Origin: Azolla caroliniana
Taxonomy: Eukaryota > Plantae > Polypodiophyta
Assembly: GCA_043228905.1 (NCBI GenBank)
Contig: JBHGNT010000016.1
Coordinates: forward strand, 15,376,001-15,440,000
DNA length: 64,000 nucleotides
Direction of reading: 5' to 3'
Shown here: positions 25,235 through 35,941 of the stretch, in pieces
How positions within the stretch are numbered: position 1 is the stretch's first letter
How the letters are laid out: each line of letters starts with the position of its first letter
Program-made: the position numbers and the translations under genes
Notes under the pieces: model-generated
Told to the model about the DNA's origin: nothing
Databases searched by the model: none
The model's input: only the letters and a program-made list of their open reading frames with translations

Positions 25235-27119
25235 TCACCGAATGAATCTTCCATCCATGGTTCGTGTTGATAGGCCATCTTCCCTTCTTGTAGAAATCCG
25301 TTGACATGAGGTTAATCTCTGACCTGTGGTCTATTAGAGCCACAACCGTCTCTTTCTTCTCTCCAATCTTCACCGGAGTTTCCATTTTCGCTCTCGCCCA
25401 ATGGGGTCGTGTATAATGATTGTCTGCTAGATCTTCGTCTTTCCCTTCTGTTCTTTCCATAGTTATGGCATTGGTTGTCACCTTTGTCGAAATTCCCTCT
25501 TCCTCATCCTCTTGTTGTCTTTTACGTTTGATAAGATCGACGATGGTCTCATGGAACTCCTTTGCAATTCCAAGTAGTTCTCTTAATGTAAGGTCAATAC
25601 GGCTATCGAGCACTCTTTCTTCAAGAACCTTTCTTAAGTTAGTTGTTTGTTCAATATCCGACCTTAATTTGTATGTTGACGTTGATCTATCCTTCCCCCT
25701 CTTGGCATTCTCTTCAATGGGTTGAGTTGGTTCATCAGCTCTCTTGTTTGAGCTTCCATCTTCTTGACGTGTGGTCTTGATCATCTCTTCCTTCTTCTTA
25801 AAGCTTCTTGTGTCATGTTTCTTATAAGGGCCTTCATCTAGATCTGTCCTCTTCTACTTCTTATCCACAAACACTTCGTGGGTTTCGCATATGACCTCTG
25901 TGGAGATCACGTTGTTATCAACCGGATCCACGCACCCAGTAAGGTCTCGTACATGAAGGTTGGCTAGCTTTGCATCATCCAAATTAATCTTCCCTTTTTT
26001 TTCATATTTGAGGACAATCGGTCAAAACCCCGTTCCCGGTTTAATCATTCCAAGCTTCTCCTTCCCGATTCTTATACCAGTGGATGCGGCATAGTGTATA
26101 GCTTCGACATGGCTCGCATCGGCCTCATCCATGATTTTCTTTAGACCCCCCCTACCGAAATTCACTTGCAAGGGCTTTTGAGTCTCACTTGAGTGTATAA
26201 TGTTGCCTTCCATGTAGATGAGGTTTTGTCGAATTGCCTCTTGAAGTCTAGCACAATCTTTCCTTGCATGATCAACACTATCACACCATACACATCTATA
26301 CGGGTTTTTCCCCTTCGGTCCTCTATGACTCATATTAGCTAATGAAACCGCTTCGAATTTTAGTGCCAACTCTTCAATGACAGAGTTCTCTATCACTCTT
26401 TCGGTCGGCTCGCTTTGCTTTGTCATCTCAGTTGCTTTTGGAGCCTTCCTTCTTTGGACTACTGGGCCCGCCATGTCGGAATTATCTAGCCATCAACGAT
26501 GTTTGTCAAATTGATCACATGCTCTTCTTACCGCAACCCAATCCATTATGAGACCATTGGGTTGTGCTTCGTCCTCTAATACACTACCTAGTTCTCGTCT
26601 ATCTTCTGCGTCCACCGCCTTTAAGAAGTACAAAACTTTATCTCCTTCGAGAAGTGTTTGGTCGGTTCTCGGGAGACGGTTGTACATTTGGTCAAATTCG
26701 GTGTACACTCCCAATGTGTTCATGTTCTTCCCCTTCTTCTCGATCCACTTCATCAACGTATGACGAGTCATCCTCGACGCATCTTCAAGCATATATTCAG
26801 CCAAAAGAGCCCTTTCAAATCCCACCCATGTTGTTTGGGCAGCTTGAATCTCCCTTATATGGCCTTCTAACCCAATAGCTACGACACCCTTGAAGCTTGA
26901 TATTTGCTTCTCTTCAATGACATCGCATTGTTGCATCTCCGTCTTGTATGTAGTGAGAAAAACCATAATGTTTCTTCCACCAAATTGACCCGCTATCTCA
27001 ATGGTTCGGTTGATGGCCTTGTCTAAGCTTGCATCATTATCTCGAGCTCTCATCATATGCTCGACAATAGCCACCAACTTTGCCACTTCATCAGCTTGGG
27101 TGGTTGACGAAGAAACCAT
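25235..27119 (-). pseudogene. gag-protease of element I
   Basis: Capsid-like ORF 26493-27119, knuckle CVWCDSVDHARKDC, aspartic protease motif VVALIDHRSEINLM. Stops and a frameshift; truncated inside the protease. Confidence 0.8.
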
Positions 27120-28004
27120 CTTCTAATCTTCTATTCCAAGCACTTGATCCTTCCTACCGCCTCTTCACATTGGGTTCACCACTTTATTATGTCGTGATTA
27201 TGTTGTGAAAATCCGTCACTATGTGCGGATCGTGAAGCGGAACCATCGGGGTTATGGGCGGGAAGGAAATAGGGCTCACACGCACAACACAAGGAAGGCT
27301 TACACAAACAAGGCACGAGTATTCAAACGTGTTTGTGAAAAGGAGAGGTCCATGGGCAAGCCCGAATCAACCCCTAGTCACAAGGTGAACGAATGCACGT
27401 GAGGAAGGCTTATACACGAACACACGAGGAAAAGGCTTACTTACACACACGAGAGACAGAGTTTCGAATGCCTTTGTGAAAAGAGAGGTGCATGGGCAAA
27501 GCCCGAATGCTCCCTTGTTACAAGACACGCGAACACATAAGGAAAAGGCTTACTTACACACACAAGAGATAGAGTTTCGAATGCCTTTGTGAAAAGAGAG
27601 GTGCATGGGCAAGCCCGAACGCTCCCTTGTTACAAGACACGCAAACACACAAGCAAGGTTTACACACAGGAGACATATTTCGAACGCCTTTGTGAAAGGA
27701 GAGGTGCATGGGCAAGCCCAAACGTTCCCTTGCCACAAGTCGTACGAACACACAAGCAAGATTTACACTAACACGCAAGACACGATTTCAAACGCCTTTG
27801 TGAAAGGAGAGGTGCATGGGCAAGCCTGAACGCTCCCTTACCATAAGTCGCACGAACACACAAGCAAGATTTACATTAACACGCAAGACACGAAATTTTA
27901 AATGCCTTTGTGAAAGGAGAGGTGCATGGGCAAGCCCAAAACGCTCCCTTGTCACAAGACACACAAACAGATAAGCACAAATCACAATAACATATAAGAT
28001 ACGT

Positions 28005-28762
28005 TGTCGTAGTGTATTTCGTACACTACGTGGAAAAGATATAAAATAACCGATTGAATAAATATAAAGAAAAAGAAAGAAATATCAAAATATATATTAC
28101 ATGCATAGGACAAGATTCGAACCTTGTACATTAATAATGTAAAGCCTTACCATTACACTAACATATCATTAGTATCAAAAAGTAGATGTCCCACATAGAA
28201 AGGTAAGTCCACACTAAGATAAACTTTAGGAAAATGCATAATAAAAGAAAAACCTACACATGCACATCTAGCGTGCATGAACAATATAGTCGATAAAAAA
28301 CGCATGACTTTAGAAAAAGCATGTTAGAGAAAGCATATAGTCTATTGATAGAAAGAACATGGAGGGCATAATTAGAAAAAAAGCATGGATTGTCAAGACT
28401 CTCTCATCACTATATAAGGATATGGAGCACAATGTAATAAGGGGGAAAAAATAAATAAATAAATTATGGGGTGATTATTAGGGTCTAAATATTTATTAAT
28501 ATAATCCTCGTGGGATTCACAAGGTTTTCGATTTTTCTTTTCCAATCTATTCCTATCAATTCCAATCGAATACAAAGTATAATTAGGATTAAATATTAAT
28601 AAAACTAAAAAACTATATTCGTGGGATTCACAAATTTCTATCTCTCTCTCTCTTATAATCTATTCATAACTAGACTCATCTCAAATTCTTCCTCCTCCTA
28701 GTTCAAAACCTCAGTGGTTCCCACCCGACTCACGCAACGATCTGGCGCCGAAAGGCACGACA
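28005..28762 (+). mobile_element. Solo LTR G, diverged member of the D/E/F family; TSD ACGT/ACAT
   Basis: TGTCGTAGTG..GGCACGACA, collinear with the D LTR; no PBS follows. Confidence 0.9.
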
Positions 28763-28877
28763 ACATAAGTTTGAATGCCTTTGTGAAAGGAGAGGTGCAT
28801 GGGCAAGCCCGAAATGCTCCCTTGTCACAAGACACACAAACAAATAAGCACAAATGATAATAACATATAAGATACGT

Positions 28878-31800
28878 TGTCGTAGTGTATTTTGTACACT
28901 ACGTGAAAAACGTATATAGTATTAGATTCAATAAAAAATGAAGAAATAGAAGAAAATAGCAAAATAAATGGAACATGCATAGGGCAAGATTCGAACCTTG
29001 CACCTCCATGTTAATAATCTAATGTCTTACCATTACACTAGCATTTCATTAATATTAAAGCATAGATGTCCCACATAGAAAGGTAAATTCACGCTAGGAT
29101 AAACATTAGAAAAACGCATAACAAAAGAAAAAGCTACACATACACATCTAGCGTGCATGATAAAAAACGCACAAGTTAGAAAAAAGCATGATCACTTTAG
29201 ATAAAGCATATAGTCTATCTATAGGAAAAGCATGGGGTCTATAGTTAGAGAAAAAGCATAGATTACTAAGACTTCCTCATCACTACATAAGGATGGGGAG
29301 CACAATGTAATTGTGTGTGAAAAATATTTGGGAAATTGGATATATTTCCTAAAACACCAACAATCAATAAAATATACTCGTGGGATTCACGAAGTTTAAG
29401 ATAATCTATCTCTATCAATCTAAATACATATTCTTACATAAATATTAATCAATAAAATACATTATACTTGTGGGATTCACAAGTTTCTAATAATCTATTC
29501 ATTACTAGCCTCATCTCATATTCTTCTTTCTCCTAGTCCAAAACCCCGGTGGTTCCCACCCGACTCACGCAAACGATCCGGAGCCGAAAGGCACGACACA
29601 GTTGGTGAACCCGACGTGAAGGCGGGTGGCAAGGAGATGGAGAATCAAGAAGAGGCAATGAGTATAACGATGATGATGATGTTCGAGCGGATGCTACAAG
29701 AACAACGAGTGATGTCGGAGATCACGGGGGCAGTAAAGCGGCTCGTACAACGAAACGGACAATTCAACGGAAACGATGTGTCACGCTATCTACGTGACTA
29801 CAAGGCGGAGATGATACGATGTGGGATACCGGAAGGATTGCAAGTGACATCCTTCAACCGGGTGGCCTCGGACGAACTACAAGAGAGAATCCACAAGATA
29901 CAACAACAAAACTCGACATGGGAGTCCTTTGAAGAAGCTTTACGAGAGGCATATGATTACAAGAGATCGAAGGGAAAAGATCGGCGAGAATTCGACGAAT
30001 GGGTGGCATCGGAGAAGACCCACCGAAGTGCAACACAAGCATTCCTAGAGTTCGAGCATCGTTTTGCTCGACTCTCGGAGCGGGAACAACGATTGGTGGG
30101 AGAAGATAAAGTCCTAATGTTCGTAAAATCGATCGATCGAAAAGAAAGGATGGACATCGGGATCGAACTCGAAGACGATGAAGGTACGAATGGTCTTACC
30201 GAAGATTGGGCCGAAGTCCAAAGGGTATGCCGGAGACATGATGAGAGGAAGATGAGAATCTTGTCAACGACATGGCCGATGAAGGATGGTCGATTGAAGA
30301 CAAACGATGGAGCCGATATGAAGGCCGAAATACAACATGATGGTGCGACGGAAGAGGGTGTAAAACAAGCTACCCTCTTGTCTTGCGAAAGAACGACGAC
30401 GAAGGATAAGGCCGATAACCCAAGTGTAGAAGAAGATTTCGGAATACAAGTGTCCGAAACATCAGGTCAAAAAGGGGTAAGCATAATAGATGTTTGCATA
30501 ATTGATGCAGATAAAGAGTGTGAAGCGGATGTGATTAAGGAGGTAGCCACAAAAGACGAAATCGAATCGGAGGTGGCTATGGACGAATCAATGGCGGATT
30601 GCCATATCGAGACTTCCCCACCACTAATTCCAAAGACTCCGACGGTTGCGATCGAAAGGCAACGTGAGACCGAAGAGACGGAAGGTGGCGGAGAGAAAAC
30701 GAATGTCGAAGCCGACGAATACGATGAAGAGATAGCCGAGAAGAATGCTAAGGGTGAAACTACGAAAGAAGGTAATACCGAGGATTCATGCCAACAATAT
30801 CTAGAGACTTCGGCGGTTGTGTCCGAGAACCAACGTGAGACCGGAGAGACGGGAGATGGCGGCGAGGAAGGTAAAGTCGGAAGTCGGTTCGGATGGAAAA
30901 TGATCCATCCGAAATTCCAATCTAAAAGAAAGTGCGACAATGCGGAGGTCGGGTCTACGACGGGAGAAGCGCGTAATACAGAGCACGCTCTACGGCGAAT
31001 AAAGAAACGCGTGTTATGGCGAATAAAGAAGCACGCGCTACGGCGAGAAAAGAAGCATGCATTACAACCACACGAGGACCGAACAACGAGCACATATCGG
31101 AGGACCTACGTGGCGAACAACGGAAAGAAGTGCCGAAAGTCGAACCGGACAAGGCAGGTGAAAATGAAGAAAAGAAAGCAAATCCGGACGAAAAGAAAAG
31201 AAAAGAAACCGACCCGAAAGAGCACTGAATCGGTAAAAACCGATCAACCGAGTCCGGATCGACCGAATACAAATCGGAAAGGAAGCCGAACTAAACGAAA
31301 GACGATCCGACGAGACCGAATCGGAAGTAAGCTAATCCGACTAAACCGAAAATCCGAAAAGAAGTCGAGATTGATGAAGAAAAGAAAGAGGGCAAGAAAA
31401 GATACTACCGCGGATGACAAGGACCAAGCGGGCCATGCAAAAAGCGAACGAAGACTATGGTGGATCGGATGTCGACAATGGTTCGGGTGGAAAGAATGGA
31501 TGTGCTCCAAATGGAGAGACAAAGTCAACATAACAAGAGAAGTCGAGGGTACTACGAGCCGGCAACGAAACCAATCGGGTAGAGACCGGACGGAGGAGAC
31601 TAACAAACACCAACAACTTCGGCACATACCGGAGGATGTGCGGGTTTGGAGGGGGTGAGTGTCGTAGTGTATTTTGTACACTACGTGAAAAACGTATATA
31701 GTATTAGATTCAATAAAAAATGAAGAAATAGAAGAAAATAGCAAAATAAATGGAACATGCATAGGGCAAGATTCGAACCTTGCACCTCCATGTTAATAAT

Positions 31801-32380
31801 GTAATGTCTTACCATTACACTAGCATTTCATTAATATTAAAGTATAGATGTCCCACATAGAAAGGTAAATTCACGCTAGGATAAACATTAGAAAAACGCA
31901 TAACAAAAGAAAAAGCTACACATACACATCTAGCGTGCATGATAAAAAACGCACAAGTTAGAAAAAAGCATGATCACTTTAGATAAAGCATATAGTCTAT
32001 CTATAGGAAAAGCATGGGGTCTATAGTTAGAGAAAAAGCATAGATTACTAAGACTTCCTCATCACTACATAAGGATGGGGAGCACAATGTAATTGTGTGT
32101 GAAAAATATTTGGGAAATTGGATATATTTCCTAAAACACCAACAATCAATAAAATATACTCGTGGGATTCACGAAGTTTAAGATAATCTATCTCTATCAA
32201 TCTAAATACATATTCTTACATAAATATTAATCAATAAAATACATTATACTTGTGGGATTCACAAGTTTCTAATAATCTATTCATTACTAGCCTCATCTCA
32301 TATTCTTCTTTCTCCTAGTCCAAAACCCCGGTGGTTCCCACCCGACTCACGCAAACGATCCGGAGCCGAAAGGCACGACA
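28878..32380 (+). mobile_element. Gag-only LTR element E; TSD ACGT
   Basis: LTRs 28878-29598 and 31660-32380 (721 bp, two differences noticed), Trp PBS, PPT. ACGT at 28874-28877 and 32381-32384. Confidence 0.95.
29637..31658 (+). CDS. Gag-like protein of E (673 aa from ATG)
   Basis: Intact ORF whose stop codon ends 1 nt before the 3' LTR. Confidence 0.85.
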   Translation: MENQEEAMSITMMMMFERMLQEQRVMSEITGAVKRLVQRNGQFNGNDVSRYLRDYKAEMIRCGIPEGLQVTSFNRVASDELQERIHKIQQQNSTWESFEEALREAYDYKRSKGKDRREFDEWVASEKTHRSATQAFLEFEHRFARLSEREQRLVGEDKVLMFVKSIDRKERMDIGIELEDDEGTNGLTEDWAEVQRVCRRHDERKMRILSTTWPMKDGRLKTNDGADMKAEIQHDGATEEGVKQATLLSCERTTTKDKADNPSVEEDFGIQVSETSGQKGVSIIDVCIIDADKECEADVIKEVATKDEIESEVAMDESMADCHIETSPPLIPKTPTVAIERQRETEETEGGGEKTNVEADEYDEEIAEKNAKGETTKEGNTEDSCQQYLETSAVVSENQRETGETGDGGEEGKVGSRFGWKMIHPKFQSKRKCDNAEVGSTTGEARNTEHALRRIKKRVLWRIKKHALRREKKHALQPHEDRTTSTYRRTYVANNGKKCRKSNRTRQVKMKKRKQIRTKRKEKKPTRKSTESVKTDQPSPDRPNTNRKGSRTKRKTIRRDRIGSKLIRLNRKSEKKSRLMKKRKRARKDTTADDKDQAGHAKSERRLWWIGCRQWFGWKEWMCSKWRDKVNITREVEGTTSRQRNQSGRDRTEETNKHQQLRHIPEDVRVWRG

Positions 32381-32482
32381 ACGTTGTCGTAGTGTATTTT
32401 GTACACTACGTGAAAAACGTATATAGTATTAGATTCAATAAAAAATGAAGAAATAGAAGAAAATAGCAAAATAAATGGAACA

Positions 32483-32554
32483 TGCATAGGGCAAGATTCG
32501 AACCTTGCACCTCCATGTTAATAATGGAATGTCTTACCATTACACTAGCATTTC
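32483..32554 (-). ncRNA. tRNA-like / Pol III A-box-B-box module in the LTR (all D/E/F LTRs, e.g. 6797-6868; shortened in G)
   Basis: Minus strand reads GAAATGC TAGTGTAATGGTAAGACAT TCCAT TATTAAC ATGGA GGTG CAAGG TTCGAAT CTTGC CCTATGC A. It has canonical tRNA spacing (72 nt) and a TTTT shortly downstream, but the acceptor stem does not pair. Confidence 0.6.
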
Positions 32555-33151
32555 ATTAGTGTTAAAGTATAGATGTCCCACATAGAAAGGTAAATTCACG
32601 CTAGGATAAACATTAGAAAAACGCATAACAAAAGAAAAAGCTACACATACACATCTAGCGTGCATGATAAAAAACGCACAAGTTAGAAAAAAAGCATGAT
32701 CACTTTAGATAAAGCATATAGTCTATCTATAGGAAAAGCATGGGGTCTATAGTTAGAGAAAAAGCATGGATTACTAAGACTTCCTCATCACTACATAAGG
32801 ATGGGAAGCACAATGTAATTATGTGTGAAAAATATTTGGAAACTGGATATGTTTCTAAAAAACACCAATTAATAAACTATACTCGTGGGATTCACGAGAA
32901 TTCTATATCATTCTCTTTCAACCGAAGTTTATATTCTTATATTCATATTGATTAATCTAATACAATACACTCGTGGGATTCACGAGTTTGCTATAACTCT
33001 TTCTTACAACATATTTATATTCTTATTAGCCTTAAAACTCTCCTCTTCCTAGTCCAAAACCCCAGCGGTTCCCACCCGACTCACGCAACGATCTGGCGCC
33101 GAAAGGCACGACACAGTTGGTGAACCCGACGTGAAGGCGGGTGGCAAGGAG

Positions 33152-35173
33152 ATGGAGAATCAACAAGAGGCGATGAACATGATGATGATAATGTTTGAGC
33201 GGATGCAACAAGAACAACGTGCGATGTCGGAGATGAAGGCGGCAGTAGAGCGGCTTCTGCGACGAAACGGGGAATTCAACGGTAAGGGTGTGTCACGCTA
33301 CCTACGTGAATATAAGGCGGAGATGATGCAATATCGGATACCGGAAGGATTGCAAGTGATATCCTTTAGTCGGGTGGCCTCGGACGAACTACAAGAGAGA
33401 ATCCACAAGATACAACAACAAAACTCGACATGGGAGTCCTTTGAAGAAGCTTTACGGGAGGCATATGACTATGAGAGATGGACGGGACGAGATCGACGAG
33501 AATTCGACGAATGGGTGGCGTCGGAGAAGACTCACCGAAGTGCAACGCAAGCGTTCCTAGAGTTCGAGCATCGTTTTGCTCGACTCTCGGAGCGGGAACG
33601 AAGATTGGTGGGAGAAGATAAAGTCTTAATGTTCGTAAGATCGATCGATCGGAAAGAAAGGATGGACATTGGGATCGAACTCGAAGATGATGACGATGCA
33701 AACGGCCTTACCGAGGATTGGGCTAAAGTCGAAAGGGTATGCCGAAGACATGATGAAAGGAAGCTGAGAATCTCGTCAACAACGACATGGCCCATGAAGG
33801 ATGGTCGATTGAGGAAAAACGATGAAGCCAATATGAAGGCCGAAATACAACATGATGGTACCACGGGAAAAAGAGTGGAACAAGACACCCACTCGTCTTG
33901 TGAAAGAACGATGGCGAAGGATAAGGCCGATAATTCAAGTGTAGAAGGAAATTTCGGGATACAAGTGCCCGAGACATCGGGTCAAAAAGGGGTAAGCATA
34001 ATAGATGTTTGCATAATTGATGCAGATAAAGAGTGTGAAGCGGATGTGATTAAGGAGGTAGCCACAAAAGACGAAATCGAATCGGAGGTGGCTATGGACG
34101 AATCAATGGCGGATTGCCATATCGAGACTTCCCCACCACTGATTCCAGAGACTCCGGCGGTTGCGATCGAAAGGCAACGTGAGACCGAAGAGACGGAAGG
34201 TGGCGGAGAGAAAACGAATGTCGAAGCCGACGAATACGATGAAGAGATAGCCGAGAAGAATGCTAAGGGTGAAACTACGAAAGAAGGTAATACCGAGGAT
34301 TCATGCCAACAATATCTAGAGACTTCGGCGGTTGTGTCCGAGAACCAACGTGAGACCGAAGAGACGGGAGATGGCGGCGAGGAAGGTAAAGTCGGAAGTC
34401 GGTTCGGATGGAAAATGATCCATCCGAAATTCCAATCTAAAAGAAAGTGCGACAATGCGGAGGTCGGGTCTACGACGGGAGAAGCGCGTAATACAGAGCA
34501 CGCTCTACGGCGAATAAAGAAACGCGTGTTATGGCGAATAAAGAAGCACGCGCTACGGCGAGAAAAGAAGCATGCATTACAACCACACGAGGACCGAACA
34601 ACGAGCACATATCGGAGGACCTACGTAGCGAACAACGGAAAGAAGTGCCGAAAGTCGAACCGGACAAGGCAGGTGAAAACGAAGAAAAGAAAGCAAATCC
34701 GGACGAAAAGAAAAGAAAAGAAACCGACCCGAAAGAGCACTGAATCGGTAAAAACCGATCAACCGAGTCCGGATCGACCGAATACAAATCGGAAAGGAAG
34801 CCGAACTAAACGAAAGACGATCCGACGAGACCGAATCGGAAGTAAGCTAATCCGACTAAACCGAAAATCCGAAAAGAAGTCGAGATTGATGAAGAAAAGA
34901 AAGAGGGCAAGAAAAGATACTACCGCGGATGACAAGGACCAAGCGGGCCATGCAAAAAGCGAACGAAGACTATGGTGGATCGGATGTCGACAATGGTTCG
35001 GGTGGAAAGAATGGATGTGCTCCAAATGGAGAGACAAAGTCAACATAACAAGAGAAGTCGAGGGTACTACGAGCCGGCAACGAAACCAATCGGGTAGAGA
35101 CCGGACGGAGGAGACTAACAAACACCAACAACTTCGGCACATACCGGAGGATGTGCGGGTTTGGAGGGGGTGA
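33152..35173 (+). CDS. Gag-like protein, F unit 1 (673 aa)
   Basis: Intact ORF from PBS to PPT. Confidence 0.85.
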   Translation: MENQQEAMNMMMIMFERMQQEQRAMSEMKAAVERLLRRNGEFNGKGVSRYLREYKAEMMQYRIPEGLQVISFSRVASDELQERIHKIQQQNSTWESFEEALREAYDYERWTGRDRREFDEWVASEKTHRSATQAFLEFEHRFARLSERERRLVGEDKVLMFVRSIDRKERMDIGIELEDDDDANGLTEDWAKVERVCRRHDERKLRISSTTTWPMKDGRLRKNDEANMKAEIQHDGTTGKRVEQDTHSSCERTMAKDKADNSSVEGNFGIQVPETSGQKGVSIIDVCIIDADKECEADVIKEVATKDEIESEVAMDESMADCHIETSPPLIPETPAVAIERQRETEETEGGGEKTNVEADEYDEEIAEKNAKGETTKEGNTEDSCQQYLETSAVVSENQRETEETGDGGEEGKVGSRFGWKMIHPKFQSKRKCDNAEVGSTTGEARNTEHALRRIKKRVLWRIKKHALRREKKHALQPHEDRTTSTYRRTYVANNGKKCRKSNRTRQVKTKKRKQIRTKRKEKKPTRKSTESVKTDQPSPDRPNTNRKGSRTKRKTIRRDRIGSKLIRLNRKSEKKSRLMKKRKRARKDTTADDKDQAGHAKSERRLWWIGCRQWFGWKEWMCSKWRDKVNITREVEGTTSRQRNQSGRDRTEETNKHQQLRHIPEDVRVWRG

Positions 35174-35941
35174 GTGTCGTAGTGTATTTTGTACACTACG
35201 TGAAAAACGTATATAGTATTAGATTCAATAAAAAATGAAGAAATAGAAGAAAATAGCAAAATAAATGGAACATGCATAGGGCAAGATTCGAACCTTGCAC
35301 CTCCATGTTAATAATGGAATGTCTTACCATTACACTAGCATTTCATTAGTGTTAAAGTATAGATGTCCCACATAGAAAGGTAAATTCACGCTAGGATAAA
35401 CATTAGAAAAACGCATAACAAAAGAAAAAGCTACACATACACATCTAGCGTGCATGATAAAAAACGCACAAGTTAGAAAAAAAGCATGATCACTTTAGAT
35501 AAAGCATATAGTCTATCTATAGGAAAAGCATGGGGTCTATAGTTAGAGAAAAAGCATGGATTACTAAGACTTCCTCATCACTACATAAGGATGGGAAGCA
35601 CAATGTAATTATGTGTGAAAAATATTTGGAAACTGGATATGTTTCTAAAAAACACCAATTAATAAACTATACTCGTGGGATTCACGAGAATTCTATATCA
35701 TTCTCTTTCAACCGAAGTTTATATTCTTATATTCATATTGATTAATCTAATACAATACACTCGTGGGATTCACGAGTTTGCTATAACTCTTTCTTACAAC
35801 ATATTTATATTCTTATTAGCCTTAAAACTCTCCTCTTCCTAGTCCAAAACCCCAGCGGTTCCCACCCGACTCACGCAACGATCTGGCGCCGAAAGGCACG
35901 ACACAGTTGGTGAACCCGACGTGAAGGCGGGTGGCAAGGAG

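Noticed and set aside
27320-28004. CRISPR-like repeat-spacer array
   Set aside because: Whole units are homologous, there are no unique spacers or cas genes, and the context is a eukaryotic LTR.
32483-32554. The loop TATTAAC would give anticodon UUA (an ochre suppressor tRNA)
   Set aside because: Position 33 is A rather than the invariant U, the acceptor stem does not pair, and the arm is mismatched in D/E and partly deleted in G. It is not credible as a translating tRNA.
32740-32955. 71-aa ORF in F LTRs and 90-aa antisense ORF in D LTRs
   Set aside because: Not preserved across the D, E, F and G variants.
33982-35277. Antisense ORFs of 208 and 172 aa repeated in each Gag-only unit
   Set aside because: S/F-rich mirror of the purine-rich sense ORF. 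They recur only because the DNA is repeated, and have no recognisable motif.
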